From contig CAZFSG010000007.1 in assembly GCA_964521665.1 (NCBI GenBank), positions 1 to 44,205 of the forward strand: 44,205 nt of DNA, read 5' to 3'. A model generated the notes under the pieces. The model ran no database searches and had not been told where the DNA came from. It saw only the letters and a list, made by a program, of their open reading frames with translations. Positions 36,952-44,205 of the stretch are shown here, piece after piece; the first letter of the stretch is position 1, and the number at the start of each line of letters is the position of its first letter. This DNA comes from an uncultured Elusimicrobia bacterium. GTDB taxonomy: Bacteria > Elusimicrobiota > Endomicrobiia > DTEH01. A program made the translations under genes and the position numbers.

Positions 36952-37085
36952 AGTCTCATCCTCCTTCTTAACGATTTTCAATGAAAAGTTTAAGTTTAAT
37001 ATCGAAAGTTTATTGGGGATAAGTTGATTTTGAGGAATTAAAATTATATAAAATTTTTTAAATTTTTTCAATAGGTGGGTATAAA

Positions 37086-37679
37086 ATGATAAAAATAATT
37101 TCAGGCGAATTCAAAGGTAGAATATTAAAGACACCAAAAAACATCAGACCTATACTTGCACAGATTAAAAAATCAGTTTTTGATATTTTAACATCCTACT
37201 TAAACGATTGCTTATTTTTAGATCTTTATGCAGGAAGTGGAGCTGTTGGGATTGAAGCACTTTCTAGAGGAGCAAAATATTGTATTTTTGTTGAAAAAGA
37301 CAAAAGATGTCTTAAGGTTTTATCTCAAAATATAATAAATTTAGATTGCCAACAGAGATGTTATATTATAAAAGCTGATATTTTAAAAGATTTGTTTTGG
37401 GTTGAAAAAACAAAGAAAATTTTGTATGAAAAATTTAATAGAGAAAATTTTGATATAATTTTTATTGGTGCTCCATATGTTGAAAGAAAAAAAGATATTG
37501 TTGTTTTAGCAAACTATTCATCGCCTACAATTGATATTATTAGCAATAGTGATCTTTTATCTTCTAATGGAATTTTGGTTGTTCAACATAGTAAAAAAGA
37601 ACTGATACAGGCAAAAAAACTAATTTGTTTTAGACAACAACAGTATGGCGAAACAATTGTTTCATTTTTCAAAAAATAA
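37086..37679 (+). CDS. rsmD: RsmD-like 16S rRNA (guanine-N2) methyltransferase with atypical catalytic motif
   Basis: IISGEFKGRIL...RP, SAM loop DLYAGSGAVGIEALSRGA, then FDIIFIGAPY where RsmD normally has DPPF/Y. Confidence 0.75.
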   Translation: MIKIISGEFKGRILKTPKNIRPILAQIKKSVFDILTSYLNDCLFLDLYAGSGAVGIEALSRGAKYCIFVEKDKRCLKVLSQNIINLDCQQRCYIIKADILKDLFWVEKTKKILYEKFNRENFDIIFIGAPYVERKKDIVVLANYSSPTIDIISNSDLLSSNGILVVQHSKKELIQAKKLICFRQQQYGETIVSFFKK

Positions 37680-37716
37680 CATTATTTCATTTTTTATAAA
37701 AATTTTTTGAGAATTA

Positions 37717-37745
37717 TTGACAACAAAATTTTTTTCTTATAAAAA
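37717..37745 (+). promoter_or_regulatory. Candidate promoter of rplM-rpsI
   Basis: TTGACA at 37717-37722. A/T-rich -10 candidates are TATAAA (15-nt spacer) or TAAAAA (17-nt spacer). AGGAG Shine-Dalgarno before the ATG at 37779. Confidence 0.5.
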
Positions 37746-37778
37746 TAAGAAATCTTAATATATCAGGAGCAAAAAACA

Positions 37779-38228
37779 ATGAAAGTTTCTACTACAATTG
37801 CTAAGTTTACTAAGTTTAATTATGATATTCAACGAGATTGGTATTTGGTAGATGCTGCAGGTAAACCTTTAGGAAGGTTAGCATCACAAATTGCAAAACT
37901 TTTGATTGGTAAACATAAACCAATATATTCACCTGATAGAGATTGTGGTGATTTTGTTGTAGTAAAGAATGCAGCAAAAATAGTCCTTACTGGTAAGAAG
38001 TTGAAACAAAAAATTTTGTTTAGACATTCAGGATATCTAGGTGGAGATAAATATATTCCATATGAAAGACTGTTGCCTGATAAAGCCGATTTAGTTATTC
38101 GTGAGGCAGTTAAAGGAATGTTACCAAAAAATAAACTAAGGGCAAAAATGATTAAACGTCTTAAGGTTTATAAAGATGATAACATAAAAATTACTCAAAA
38201 TTTTAAAGAAATAGCATTGGAGGTTTAA
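37779..38228 (+). CDS. rplM: 50S ribosomal protein L13
   Basis: DWYLVDAAGKPLGRLASQIAKLLIGKHKP and the GMLPKN block. Confidence 0.95.
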   Translation: MKVSTTIAKFTKFNYDIQRDWYLVDAAGKPLGRLASQIAKLLIGKHKPIYSPDRDCGDFVVVKNAAKIVLTGKKLKQKILFRHSGYLGGDKYIPYERLLPDKADLVIREAVKGMLPKNKLRAKMIKRLKVYKDDNIKITQNFKEIALEV

Positions 38229-38231
38229 TAT

Positions 38232-38633
38232 ATGAGCCAAACAACTCAACCTATAATGGCAACAGGAAGGAGAAAAACAGCAACTGCAGTTGCGTTCCTT
38301 AAAGAAGGAAGTGGAAATATAATAATAAACGGTAGATCTGTAGATGAATATTTCGGTGGGAATATTGCACAAAAACACGAAGCTATATCTCCATTGTTGG
38401 TTACGAATTTAAAGAATAAATTAGATATAAAGATAAAGGCAGAAGGTGGTGGTATCACTGGACAAGCAGGTGCTATAAAACTTGCTATTGCAAGAGCGCT
38501 GGTTGAATTTAACCCTGATCTTAAACCTTTACTTAAAAAGCATGGTATGTTGAAACGCGATCCGCGTATGGTTGAGCGTAAAAAACCTGGTAAACCTAAG
38601 GCAAGAAAGAGTTTCCAATGGACAAAGAGGTAA
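38232..38633 (+). CDS. rpsI: 30S ribosomal protein S9
   Basis: GRRKTATA..., GGGITGQAGAIKLAIARAL, and the C-terminal RDPRMVERKKPG..KARK..QW.KR. Confidence 0.95.
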   Translation: MSQTTQPIMATGRRKTATAVAFLKEGSGNIIINGRSVDEYFGGNIAQKHEAISPLLVTNLKNKLDIKIKAEGGGITGQAGAIKLAIARALVEFNPDLKPLLKKHGMLKRDPRMVERKKPGKPKARKSFQWTKR

Positions 38634-38676
38634 TTTGTGTATAGACAAAAGTTTTTTTGAAATACGAAAATTATAA

Positions 38677-39215
38677 TTTGGTACCCACAGGCTTCAGCCT
38701 GCGAAATAATTGCAATGACATGGTTATTGCAGTCCAAAAAAATTTGTAATCGCTAATTTTAATTAGCGTTTTTGGGAGCATAGGCGCTGATGTGAAATCA
38801 GCGGATACAAATATGGTTTTGTTAGAACTTACAGTAATTAGTATTTTGTAATCACCAATTTTATATTTGCGTAAAGATAGCGCTGATATAAAATCAGCGG
38901 ATACAATAGTAATTTGTAACTGGAGACTTTAGTCTGCGCATATTATTCGTAGTAGTAGACCTTGGTCTGCTGAAATAAAGCAGAAGCAAGCTCTGCAGGG
39001 ATATTTTGTATGTTATATTTAGCAAAAGCAAACTTTGCAATTACAATTTTTATTTATTTTGTAATACCAAACCTTGGTTTGCTAAAAATGTGATTCGTCC
39101 TGAATGTGAATAGACAGGTGAAATTACAAAAAATGCAACAATGTGGTTGTGTTGCATTCCAACAGGTAAGTTTAATTTTTGGTAGTCGCGGGTTTCAGCC
39201 TGTGTAATCAATTTC
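38677..39215 (+). repeat. Hairpin-module repeat array C (at least eight head-to-tail modules)
   Basis: Modules begin near 38677, 38743, 38844, 38913, 38945, 39004, 39057 and 39178. Each has a TTTGTAAT/TTTGGTAG/TTCGTAGTA box followed by a stem with a YTTR loop. Second hairpins lie at 38711-38731, 38785-38803, 38881-38899 and 39133-39157. The first module is near-identical to array B unit 1, and the last aligns with array A unit 3. Confidence 0.8.
38751..38773 (+). terminator. Terminator-like hairpin inside array C
   Basis: CGCTAAT-TTTA-ATTAGCG is a perfect stem followed by TTTTT. It may terminate rplM-rpsI read-through. Confidence 0.4.
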
Positions 39216-39254
39216 GCCAAAAAAATCTTATTTTTAATTTTTTCATCTAGCAGT

Positions 39255-39290
39255 TTCCATAAATCTCATAAAATAGTTACCAAAACTTAA
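39255..39290 (+). promoter_or_regulatory. Conserved promoter/leader block upstream of hup
   Basis: TTCCATAAATCTCATAAAATAGTTACCAAAACTTAA aligns with the dnaK and spoVG upstream blocks. GGAG lies before the ATG at 39308. Confidence 0.5.
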
Positions 39291-39307
39291 ATTTTTTTGG
39301 AGAAAAA

Positions 39308-39583
39308 ATGAAAAGGAAAGAGTTTGTTAAAAAAATTGCTCAAAGTGCACAACAAAGTCCTATTGTTGTACAAAAAATTCTTCGTGAATTTGTGAAAGTT
39401 TTAGCAGAAGCATTGAAAAATGGGGAAAAAATAACAATATCCGGTCTTGGACAGTTTAAAGTAAAACCTACAAAAGCGAAACTTGCAAGAAATCCTAAAA
39501 CTGGTGAACCTGTTCAACTGCCAGAAAGAAAGAAAATTTCGTTTCGACCTACCGATTGGATAAGAAACTACATAAATAAATAA
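39308..39583 (+). CDS. hup: HU/IHF family nucleoid-associated DNA-binding protein
   Basis: 91 aa. Contains ISGLGQFKVK and the beta-arm ARNPKTGEPVQLPERKKISFRP. Confidence 0.9.
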   Translation: MKRKEFVKKIAQSAQQSPIVVQKILREFVKVLAEALKNGEKITISGLGQFKVKPTKAKLARNPKTGEPVQLPERKKISFRPTDWIRNYINK

Positions 39584-39610
39584 CCTTAAAGGCAAAGAAT
39601 TTAGATAATT

Positions 39611-40819
39611 ATGAGTGAATTTAAACCATCAGAGAAACTTGAACAACTTCCTCCTTATCTTTTCTCAAGAATACATAAACTCAAACTTGAAGCGTATCAG
39701 AAAAATTTAGATGTTATAGATCTGTCAATGGGCAATCCTGATTTACCAACAGATGCTGCTATTGTGGAACGTCTTTGTGAGACAGTTAAAGAGCATCCAA
39801 AGACACATCGTTACCCTCAAGCAAAAGGTATGCCAAAGTTTAGAAATACTGTTTGTGAATGGTTTTATAAACGTTTTGGTGTAAAACTCGATCCTGAAAA
39901 AGAAGTTTTAGCACTAATTGGTTCTAAAGAAGGTGTTGCACATCTTTGTATGGCAATTCTTAATCCTGGAGATTATACTTTGGTTCCAGATCCAGCATAT
40001 CCTGTGTATTATAACGCAACAATTTTAGCAGGCGGGAAACCATATTTGTTCAAAATTAACCCTCAAGATAAATATCTACCTGATTTTTCTAAAATACCAC
40101 AAAAAATACTTAAAAAAGCAAAAATCATTTTTTTAAACTATCCAAACAATCCTACAACTGCTGTTGTTGAAGATGAAAGTTTTTTCAAAGAAGCAATAAA
40201 GTTTGCAAAAAAGAATAATTTGATCCTATGTTATGACAATGCATATTCTGAGATTACATTTGATGGATATATAGCACCATCTATTTTACAATTTGATGGA
40301 GCAAAAGATGTTGCAGTTGAATTTCACAGTTTTTCAAAGACATTTTCAATGGCAGGATGGCGAGTAGGATTTGTTGTAGGGAACGAGAAAATTGTTGGAT
40401 ATTTAGAAAAATTTAAATCTTTTATTGACTATGGTGTTCCAACTTTTATACAACTTTCAGCAGTAAAAGCATTGTTAGAATATGAAAGAATTGTTGAAGA
40501 AGTAAAAAAGGTTTATCAACATCGTCGTGATTTAACAATAAAAGAATTTAAAAAGATTGGTTGGGAAATAGACGTTCCTAAAGCAACGATGTATCTTTGG
40601 TGTAAACTTCCAGAAAAAATTACAAAAGAATTAGGTTCATTAAAATTTGCTGAAATGTTACTTAAAGAAACAGGTGTTGCGGTATCACCAGGTGTTGGGT
40701 TTGGTGAAAACGGTGAAGGATACATAAGGTTAGCATTGGTTACTGCAAACAACAGGTTTCACGATGCTGCTTTACGGTTTAAGAAAGTTTTTTTACAACT
40801 TGGGGTAAAACTAAAATGA
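39611..40819 (+). CDS. Class I PLP-dependent aminotransferase (AlaC/YfdZ-like subgroup)
   Basis: N-terminal LPPYLFSRI...IDLSMGNPDLPT resembles E. coli AlaC (RLPPYVF...IDFSMGNPD, from memory). NYPNNPT and the PLP-lysine block SFSKTFSMAGWRVG are present. Substrate not assignable. Confidence 0.85.
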   Translation: MSEFKPSEKLEQLPPYLFSRIHKLKLEAYQKNLDVIDLSMGNPDLPTDAAIVERLCETVKEHPKTHRYPQAKGMPKFRNTVCEWFYKRFGVKLDPEKEVLALIGSKEGVAHLCMAILNPGDYTLVPDPAYPVYYNATILAGGKPYLFKINPQDKYLPDFSKIPQKILKKAKIIFLNYPNNPTTAVVEDESFFKEAIKFAKKNNLILCYDNAYSEITFDGYIAPSILQFDGAKDVAVEFHSFSKTFSMAGWRVGFVVGNEKIVGYLEKFKSFIDYGVPTFIQLSAVKALLEYERIVEEVKKVYQHRRDLTIKEFKKIGWEIDVPKATMYLWCKLPEKITKELGSLKFAEMLLKETGVAVSPGVGFGENGEGYIRLALVTANNRFHDAALRFKKVFLQLGVKLK

Positions 40820-42120
40820 GAACAGTAAAAGTTGGACTCATTGGTATAGGTAATGTAGGTTTAGCAGTATTAAAGTTATGTCAAAAAAATAAAAAAATAA
40901 TAGAACGAAAATCTGGATGTGTAATAGAATTTAAACTTGTTTGTGATAAAGATAAAAGTAAAAAAGAACTTTTATCAACAGATGTAGAGTTTGTAACTGA
41001 TTATAATAAAATTGTCAAAGATCCTGAAATAGATATTGTTGTAGAACTTATAGGTGGGTTACATCCAGCATATGAGATAATTACTGAAAGTATAAAACAT
41101 GGTAAACATGTAGTTACTGCAAACAAAGCAGTTCTTTCAGAATATTGGGATAAGATTTTTTCTTTAGCAAATAAGTATAACAAGACAGTGTATTTTGAAG
41201 CAGCGGTTGCTGCTGGTATTCCTGTGATAGAATCTTTAAATGAAGGTTTAGCAGGGAATAAAATTTTAAGTATTACAGGGATACTTAATGGAACAACAAA
41301 TTATATTTTATCTTTAATGACACAAAATAAATATAATTTTGATACAGCAGTAAAAAAAATACAAAATATGGGTATTGCAGAAGCTGACATTTCTTATGAT
41401 ATTTCAGGATATGATACTGCTTGCAAATTAAGTATCTTAAGTTCACTTGCATTTTTTTCCTGGGTTAAATTAAAAGATATAAAAATTGAAGGTATTGAGA
41501 ATATAGAATTACAAGATATATATTTTGCTGAAAATTTTGGATATAAAATAAAACTTTTAGGTCACAGCAGTGTTTATAAAAATAAGTATTATTTTGAAGT
41601 AAGAAAATACTTAGTTCCGCAAGATAATATCTTTGCTAATATAAATTATGAATACAATGGTATTTTGGTTGAGGGAGACGCTTGTGGGAAAATAATTTTT
41701 GTAGGTAAAGGAGCGGGAGGTCTTGCTGCAGCATCTGCTGTTGTATCAGATATTATATATATTGCAAAAGATATAACAAGTGCGGTTGGTGGTAGAGAAC
41801 AGTATGTAGAGTATACGCCGAAGAAATTAAATATTATTTCTTCTGACGAAGTTGAAGGATTTTTTTATTTAAGGTTTACAACAGTTGACAGACCCGGTGT
41901 TTTAGCAAAAATTTCTAATGTTTTAGGTCAACATAATGTTTCTATAGCTTCTGTGTATCAGAAAGAACCATTAGTAAAATATAGAAAAGGTGTACCAATA
42001 CTTTTGCTTACACATAAAGTTAAAGAAAAAAATTTACTTTCTGCATTAAATAAAATTAAAAATTTAGATGTTGTGTTGAAACCGCCAGTGTATATTAAGA
42101 TTCTTTCTAATGCTGAGTAA
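40816..42120 (+). CDS. hom: Homoserine dehydrogenase with C-terminal ACT domain
   Basis: VGLIGIGNVG Rossmann start, VVTANKA, GILNGTTNYIL, and ACT-like FYLRFTTVDRPGVLAKISNVLG. ATGA overlap with the aminotransferase stop. Confidence 0.9.
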   Translation: MRTVKVGLIGIGNVGLAVLKLCQKNKKIIERKSGCVIEFKLVCDKDKSKKELLSTDVEFVTDYNKIVKDPEIDIVVELIGGLHPAYEIITESIKHGKHVVTANKAVLSEYWDKIFSLANKYNKTVYFEAAVAAGIPVIESLNEGLAGNKILSITGILNGTTNYILSLMTQNKYNFDTAVKKIQNMGIAEADISYDISGYDTACKLSILSSLAFFSWVKLKDIKIEGIENIELQDIYFAENFGYKIKLLGHSSVYKNKYYFEVRKYLVPQDNIFANINYEYNGILVEGDACGKIIFVGKGAGGLAAASAVVSDIIYIAKDITSAVGGREQYVEYTPKKLNIISSDEVEGFFYLRFTTVDRPGVLAKISNVLGQHNVSIASVYQKEPLVKYRKGVPILLLTHKVKEKNLLSALNKIKNLDVVLKPPVYIKILSNAE

Positions 42121-42161
42121 GATGCATAGATAAGTTTGGTTTTTTATAAAGGGGTTAGTTT

Positions 42162-43538
42162 ATGTTAGAGACACAGGATATAAAATCAGTTGCAGGACCA
42201 CTTATATTAGTTGGAGGTGCCCGTGGTGCAAAATATGAAGAACTTGTAGAAGTTGTTTTATCTACTAATGAACGTAGACTTGGTCGTGTGTTAGAAATTG
42301 AAGAAGATACTGCTTTGATACAACTTTTTGAAGAATCTACCGGGATAAACATAGGTTCTACAAAAATAAAGTTTTTAAACAAAACAGTATCCTTAGGTGT
42401 ATCAAAAACAATTTTAGGTCGTATTTTTGACGGGTTAGGAAGACCAATTGATGGAGGAAGAGAAATTGTTGCTGAGAAACATCTTGATATAAACGGTGCA
42501 CCGATAAATCCGTATTCTCGTGCTTACCCGAGAGAGTTTATACAAACAGGTATCTCTGCAATAGATGGACTTAATACACTTGTTCGTGGTCAAAAACTAC
42601 CAATTTTTTCAGGTTCAGGCCTTCCACATAACCTTCTTGCAGTACAAATTGCACGACAAGCAACTGTATTGAAATCAGAAGTTGAGCAAGAATCAGAAGA
42701 GTTTGCAGTAGTTTTTGCAGCAATGGGTATAACTTTTGAAGAGGCAGAGTTTTTTATATCAGAATTTAAAAAGACAGGGGCGCTAGGTCGGGCTGTGTTA
42801 TTTATAAACTTAGCTGATGATCCTGCAATAGAACGTATTGCAACACCACGGTTAGCACTTACTTGCGCAGAATATTTAGCATTTGATTTGGATATGCATG
42901 TTTTAGTGATTTTAACAGATATGACAAACTATGCTGAAGCGTTAAGAGAGATATCTGCTGCAAGGAAAGAAGTTCCTGGTCGTCGTGGTTATCCAGGATA
43001 TTTGTATACAGATTTAGCAACATTGTATGAACGTGCAGGAAGAATCAAGGGTAAAAAAGGATCAATAACATTGATGCCAATTTTAAGTATGCCTGAAGAT
43101 GATAAAACACACCCTATTCCTGACCTTACAGGATACATTACTGAAGGGCAGGTTGTATTATCTCGTGATTTACACAGAAAGGGTATTTACCCACCAATAG
43201 ATATTATGGCGTCATTGTCAAGATTAAGAGATAAAGGTATAGGTAAAGACAGAACTCGCGAAGATCATCCAGATTTAGCTAATCAATTGTTTGCATGTTA
43301 TGCACGAGGTAAAGAAGTTGAAGAATTAGCAATAGTTTTAGGAGAATCTGCATTAGAAGAGGTTGATAAAATATATTTAAAATTTGTTGCTGAATTTGAA
43401 CAAAAGTTTCTTAAGCAAAAGGCTGATGAAAACCGCGATATTTTTACTACATTAGATATAGGTTGGGACCTACTTAAAATGTTCCCAAAAGAAGAACTTA
43501 AACGTATACGTCCTGAATTTAAAGAGAAATATCTATAG
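42162..43538 (+). CDS. atpB: V/A-type ATP synthase subunit B
   Basis: GPLILV..., degenerate P-loop [33 protein letters not shown], and [29 protein letters not shown] are hallmark B-subunit blocks. Confidence 0.9.
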   Translation: MLETQDIKSVAGPLILVGGARGAKYEELVEVVLSTNERRLGRVLEIEEDTALIQLFEESTGINIGSTKIKFLNKTVSLGVSKTILGRIFDGLGRPIDGGREIVAEKHLDINGAPINPYSRAYPREFIQTGISAIDGLNTLVRGQKLPIFSGSGLPHNLLAVQIARQATVLKSEVEQESEEFAVVFAAMGITFEEAEFFISEFKKTGALGRAVLFINLADDPAIERIATPRLALTCAEYLAFDLDMHVLVILTDMTNYAEALREISAARKEVPGRRGYPGYLYTDLATLYERAGRIKGKKGSITLMPILSMPEDDKTHPIPDLTGYITEGQVVLSRDLHRKGIYPPIDIMASLSRLRDKGIGKDRTREDHPDLANQLFACYARGKEVEELAIVLGESALEEVDKIYLKFVAEFEQKFLKQKADENRDIFTTLDIGWDLLKMFPKEELKRIRPEFKEKYL

Positions 43539-43566
43539 ATCGGTAACGAAAAGATAATAATGAGAT

Positions 43567-44205
43567 ATGAATCTTTTACAAAAATATATTTTAGAATACA
43601 AAAAAAATCTTAAAAAAGGTAGGATAATAGTAATCTCAGGACCATCAGGTTGTGGGAAAACAACAATATGTAAAGAACTTATTAAGAGAAATAAAAATTT
43701 TGTGTTCTCTGTTTCTTATACAACACGGCAAAAGAGGAAAGGTGAAGTCAATGGAAGAGATTATTTTTTTGTTTCAGAACAAGAATTTTTAAAAATGATA
43801 AAACAAAAAAAACTTGTTGAATGGGCAAAAGTTTATAATAATTATTATGGCACACCTAAAAAACCTTTACTTGAAGCAATAAATTCTGGTAAAAACATAC
43901 TTTTAGATATTGATGTTCAAGGTGGTAAAAACATAAAAAAATTTTTCCCTGAAAGTATTTTAATCTTTATTTTACCACCATCGTTTACAGTTTTAAAACA
44001 AAGAATTATCTCTCGTGCAAAAGATAAACTTGAAGAAATTAAAATAAGGTTAAAAAATTTAGAAAAAGAAATAAAAAACAGTAAGTATTACGACTATTTT
44101 GTAATCAACGATAATTTGGAAGAGACAGTGAAGAATATTGAATTAATTATTTTAGCGAACAAGTTCAACAAAAATTTTTTGTTGAAAATTAATAAAAATA
44201 AGGTA
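43567..44205 (+). CDS. gmk: Guanylate kinase, open to the window end (3' end probably just beyond)
   Basis: Not in the ORF track because no stop is reached. My translation from the ATG at 43567 gives MNLLQKYILEYKKNLKKGRIIVISGPSGCGKTT...SYTTRQKRKGEVNGRDYFFVS...YYGTPK...LDIDVQGG. Confidence 0.9.
   Translation, partial: MNLLQKYILEYKKNLKKGRIIVISGPSGCGKTTICKELIKRNKNFVFSVSYTTRQKRKGEVNGRDYFFVSEQEFLKMIKQKKLVEWAKVYNNYYGTPKKPLLEAINSGKNILLDIDVQGGKNIKKFFPESILIFILPPSFTVLKQRIISRAKDKLEEIKIRLKNLEKEIKNSKYYDYFVINDNLEETVKNIELIILANKFNKNFLLKINKNKV

Noticed and set aside
36260-37027. 69-aa (36260-36469) and 93-aa (36746-37027) + strand ORFs
   Set aside because: Both lie antisense to the well-supported flavoprotein gene and have no motifs.
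36952-37071. 40-codon N-terminal extension of the flavoprotein ORF
   Set aside because: The extension (MKKFKKFYIILIPQNQ...) has no homology signal. The internal ATG at 36951 has a strong AAGGAGG SD and yields the canonical MKILGI...SPHKNGG flavodoxin-fold start.
38246-38737. 163-aa ORF on the - strand
   Set aside because: It lies antisense to the unmistakable rpsI gene and runs into the hairpin repeats. Its composition is low-complexity and it has no motif. In an AT-rich genome long antisense ORFs arise by chance opposite real genes.
38940-39000. Possible SRP (4.5S) RNA because of GAAGCA and CAGG elements, or RNase P because of GAGGAAAGG at 17041
   Set aside because: There is only short motif resemblance. 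No long closing helix or symmetric/asymmetric loop arrangement for SRP RNA is present. The 17041 sequence is simply the spoVG Shine-Dalgarno region.

Overview
This is an AT-rich, very gene-dense bacterial chromosomal segment. It holds 40 protein-coding genes (39 on the + strand, 1 on the - strand) and one tRNA-Ser(UGA).

**Content.** Most genes are core metabolism and information processing: argF (5' truncated), hisS, dnaK, dapB, ispE, spoVG, purB, accD, argG, rsmD, rplM-rpsI, hup, a class I aminotransferase, hom, and gmk (runs off the 3' end). Diderm-envelope functions are also present: secreted TPR proteins, a putative beta-barrel OMP, a TolQ/ExbB-type channel, a TetR-controlled TolC-MFP-RND efflux operon and a processive GT2 synthase. 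A few genes have an archaeal flavour: an EndoQ-like PHP nuclease, TrpB2, a lone V/A-type ATPase B subunit, and a DnaK of the short no-insert type.

**What I did not find.** I recognise no transposase, integrase, CRISPR array, restriction/defence module or toxin-antitoxin pair. I cannot point to a convincing novel protein-based system.

**Most notable unexplained structure.** It is non-coding. A family of modular GC-rich hairpin repeats carries a T-rich 5' box (TTTGTAAT / TTGGTAG) followed by a stem with a YTTR tetraloop, usually with a second hairpin. The modules are stacked head-to-tail in the three largest intergenic gaps, upstream of dnaK, spoVG and hup, and there is one lone copy after spoVG. 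Stems show compensatory and G-U-only substitutions, which indicates selection on + strand RNA (or ssDNA) structure. The same three genes also share a conserved promoter/leader block.

**Secondary curiosities.**
- An apparent argG / CooC-like ATPase / TrpB2 / macro-domain operon.
- A V-ATPase B gene without neighbouring A or D subunit genes.
- A TolQ/ExbB gene without a TolR/ExbD partner.
- An RsmD homologue whose DPPF catalytic motif reads GAPY.
- A clean triple-operator architecture in front of the TetR efflux operon.

All family assignments come from motifs read by eye. No database search was possible.
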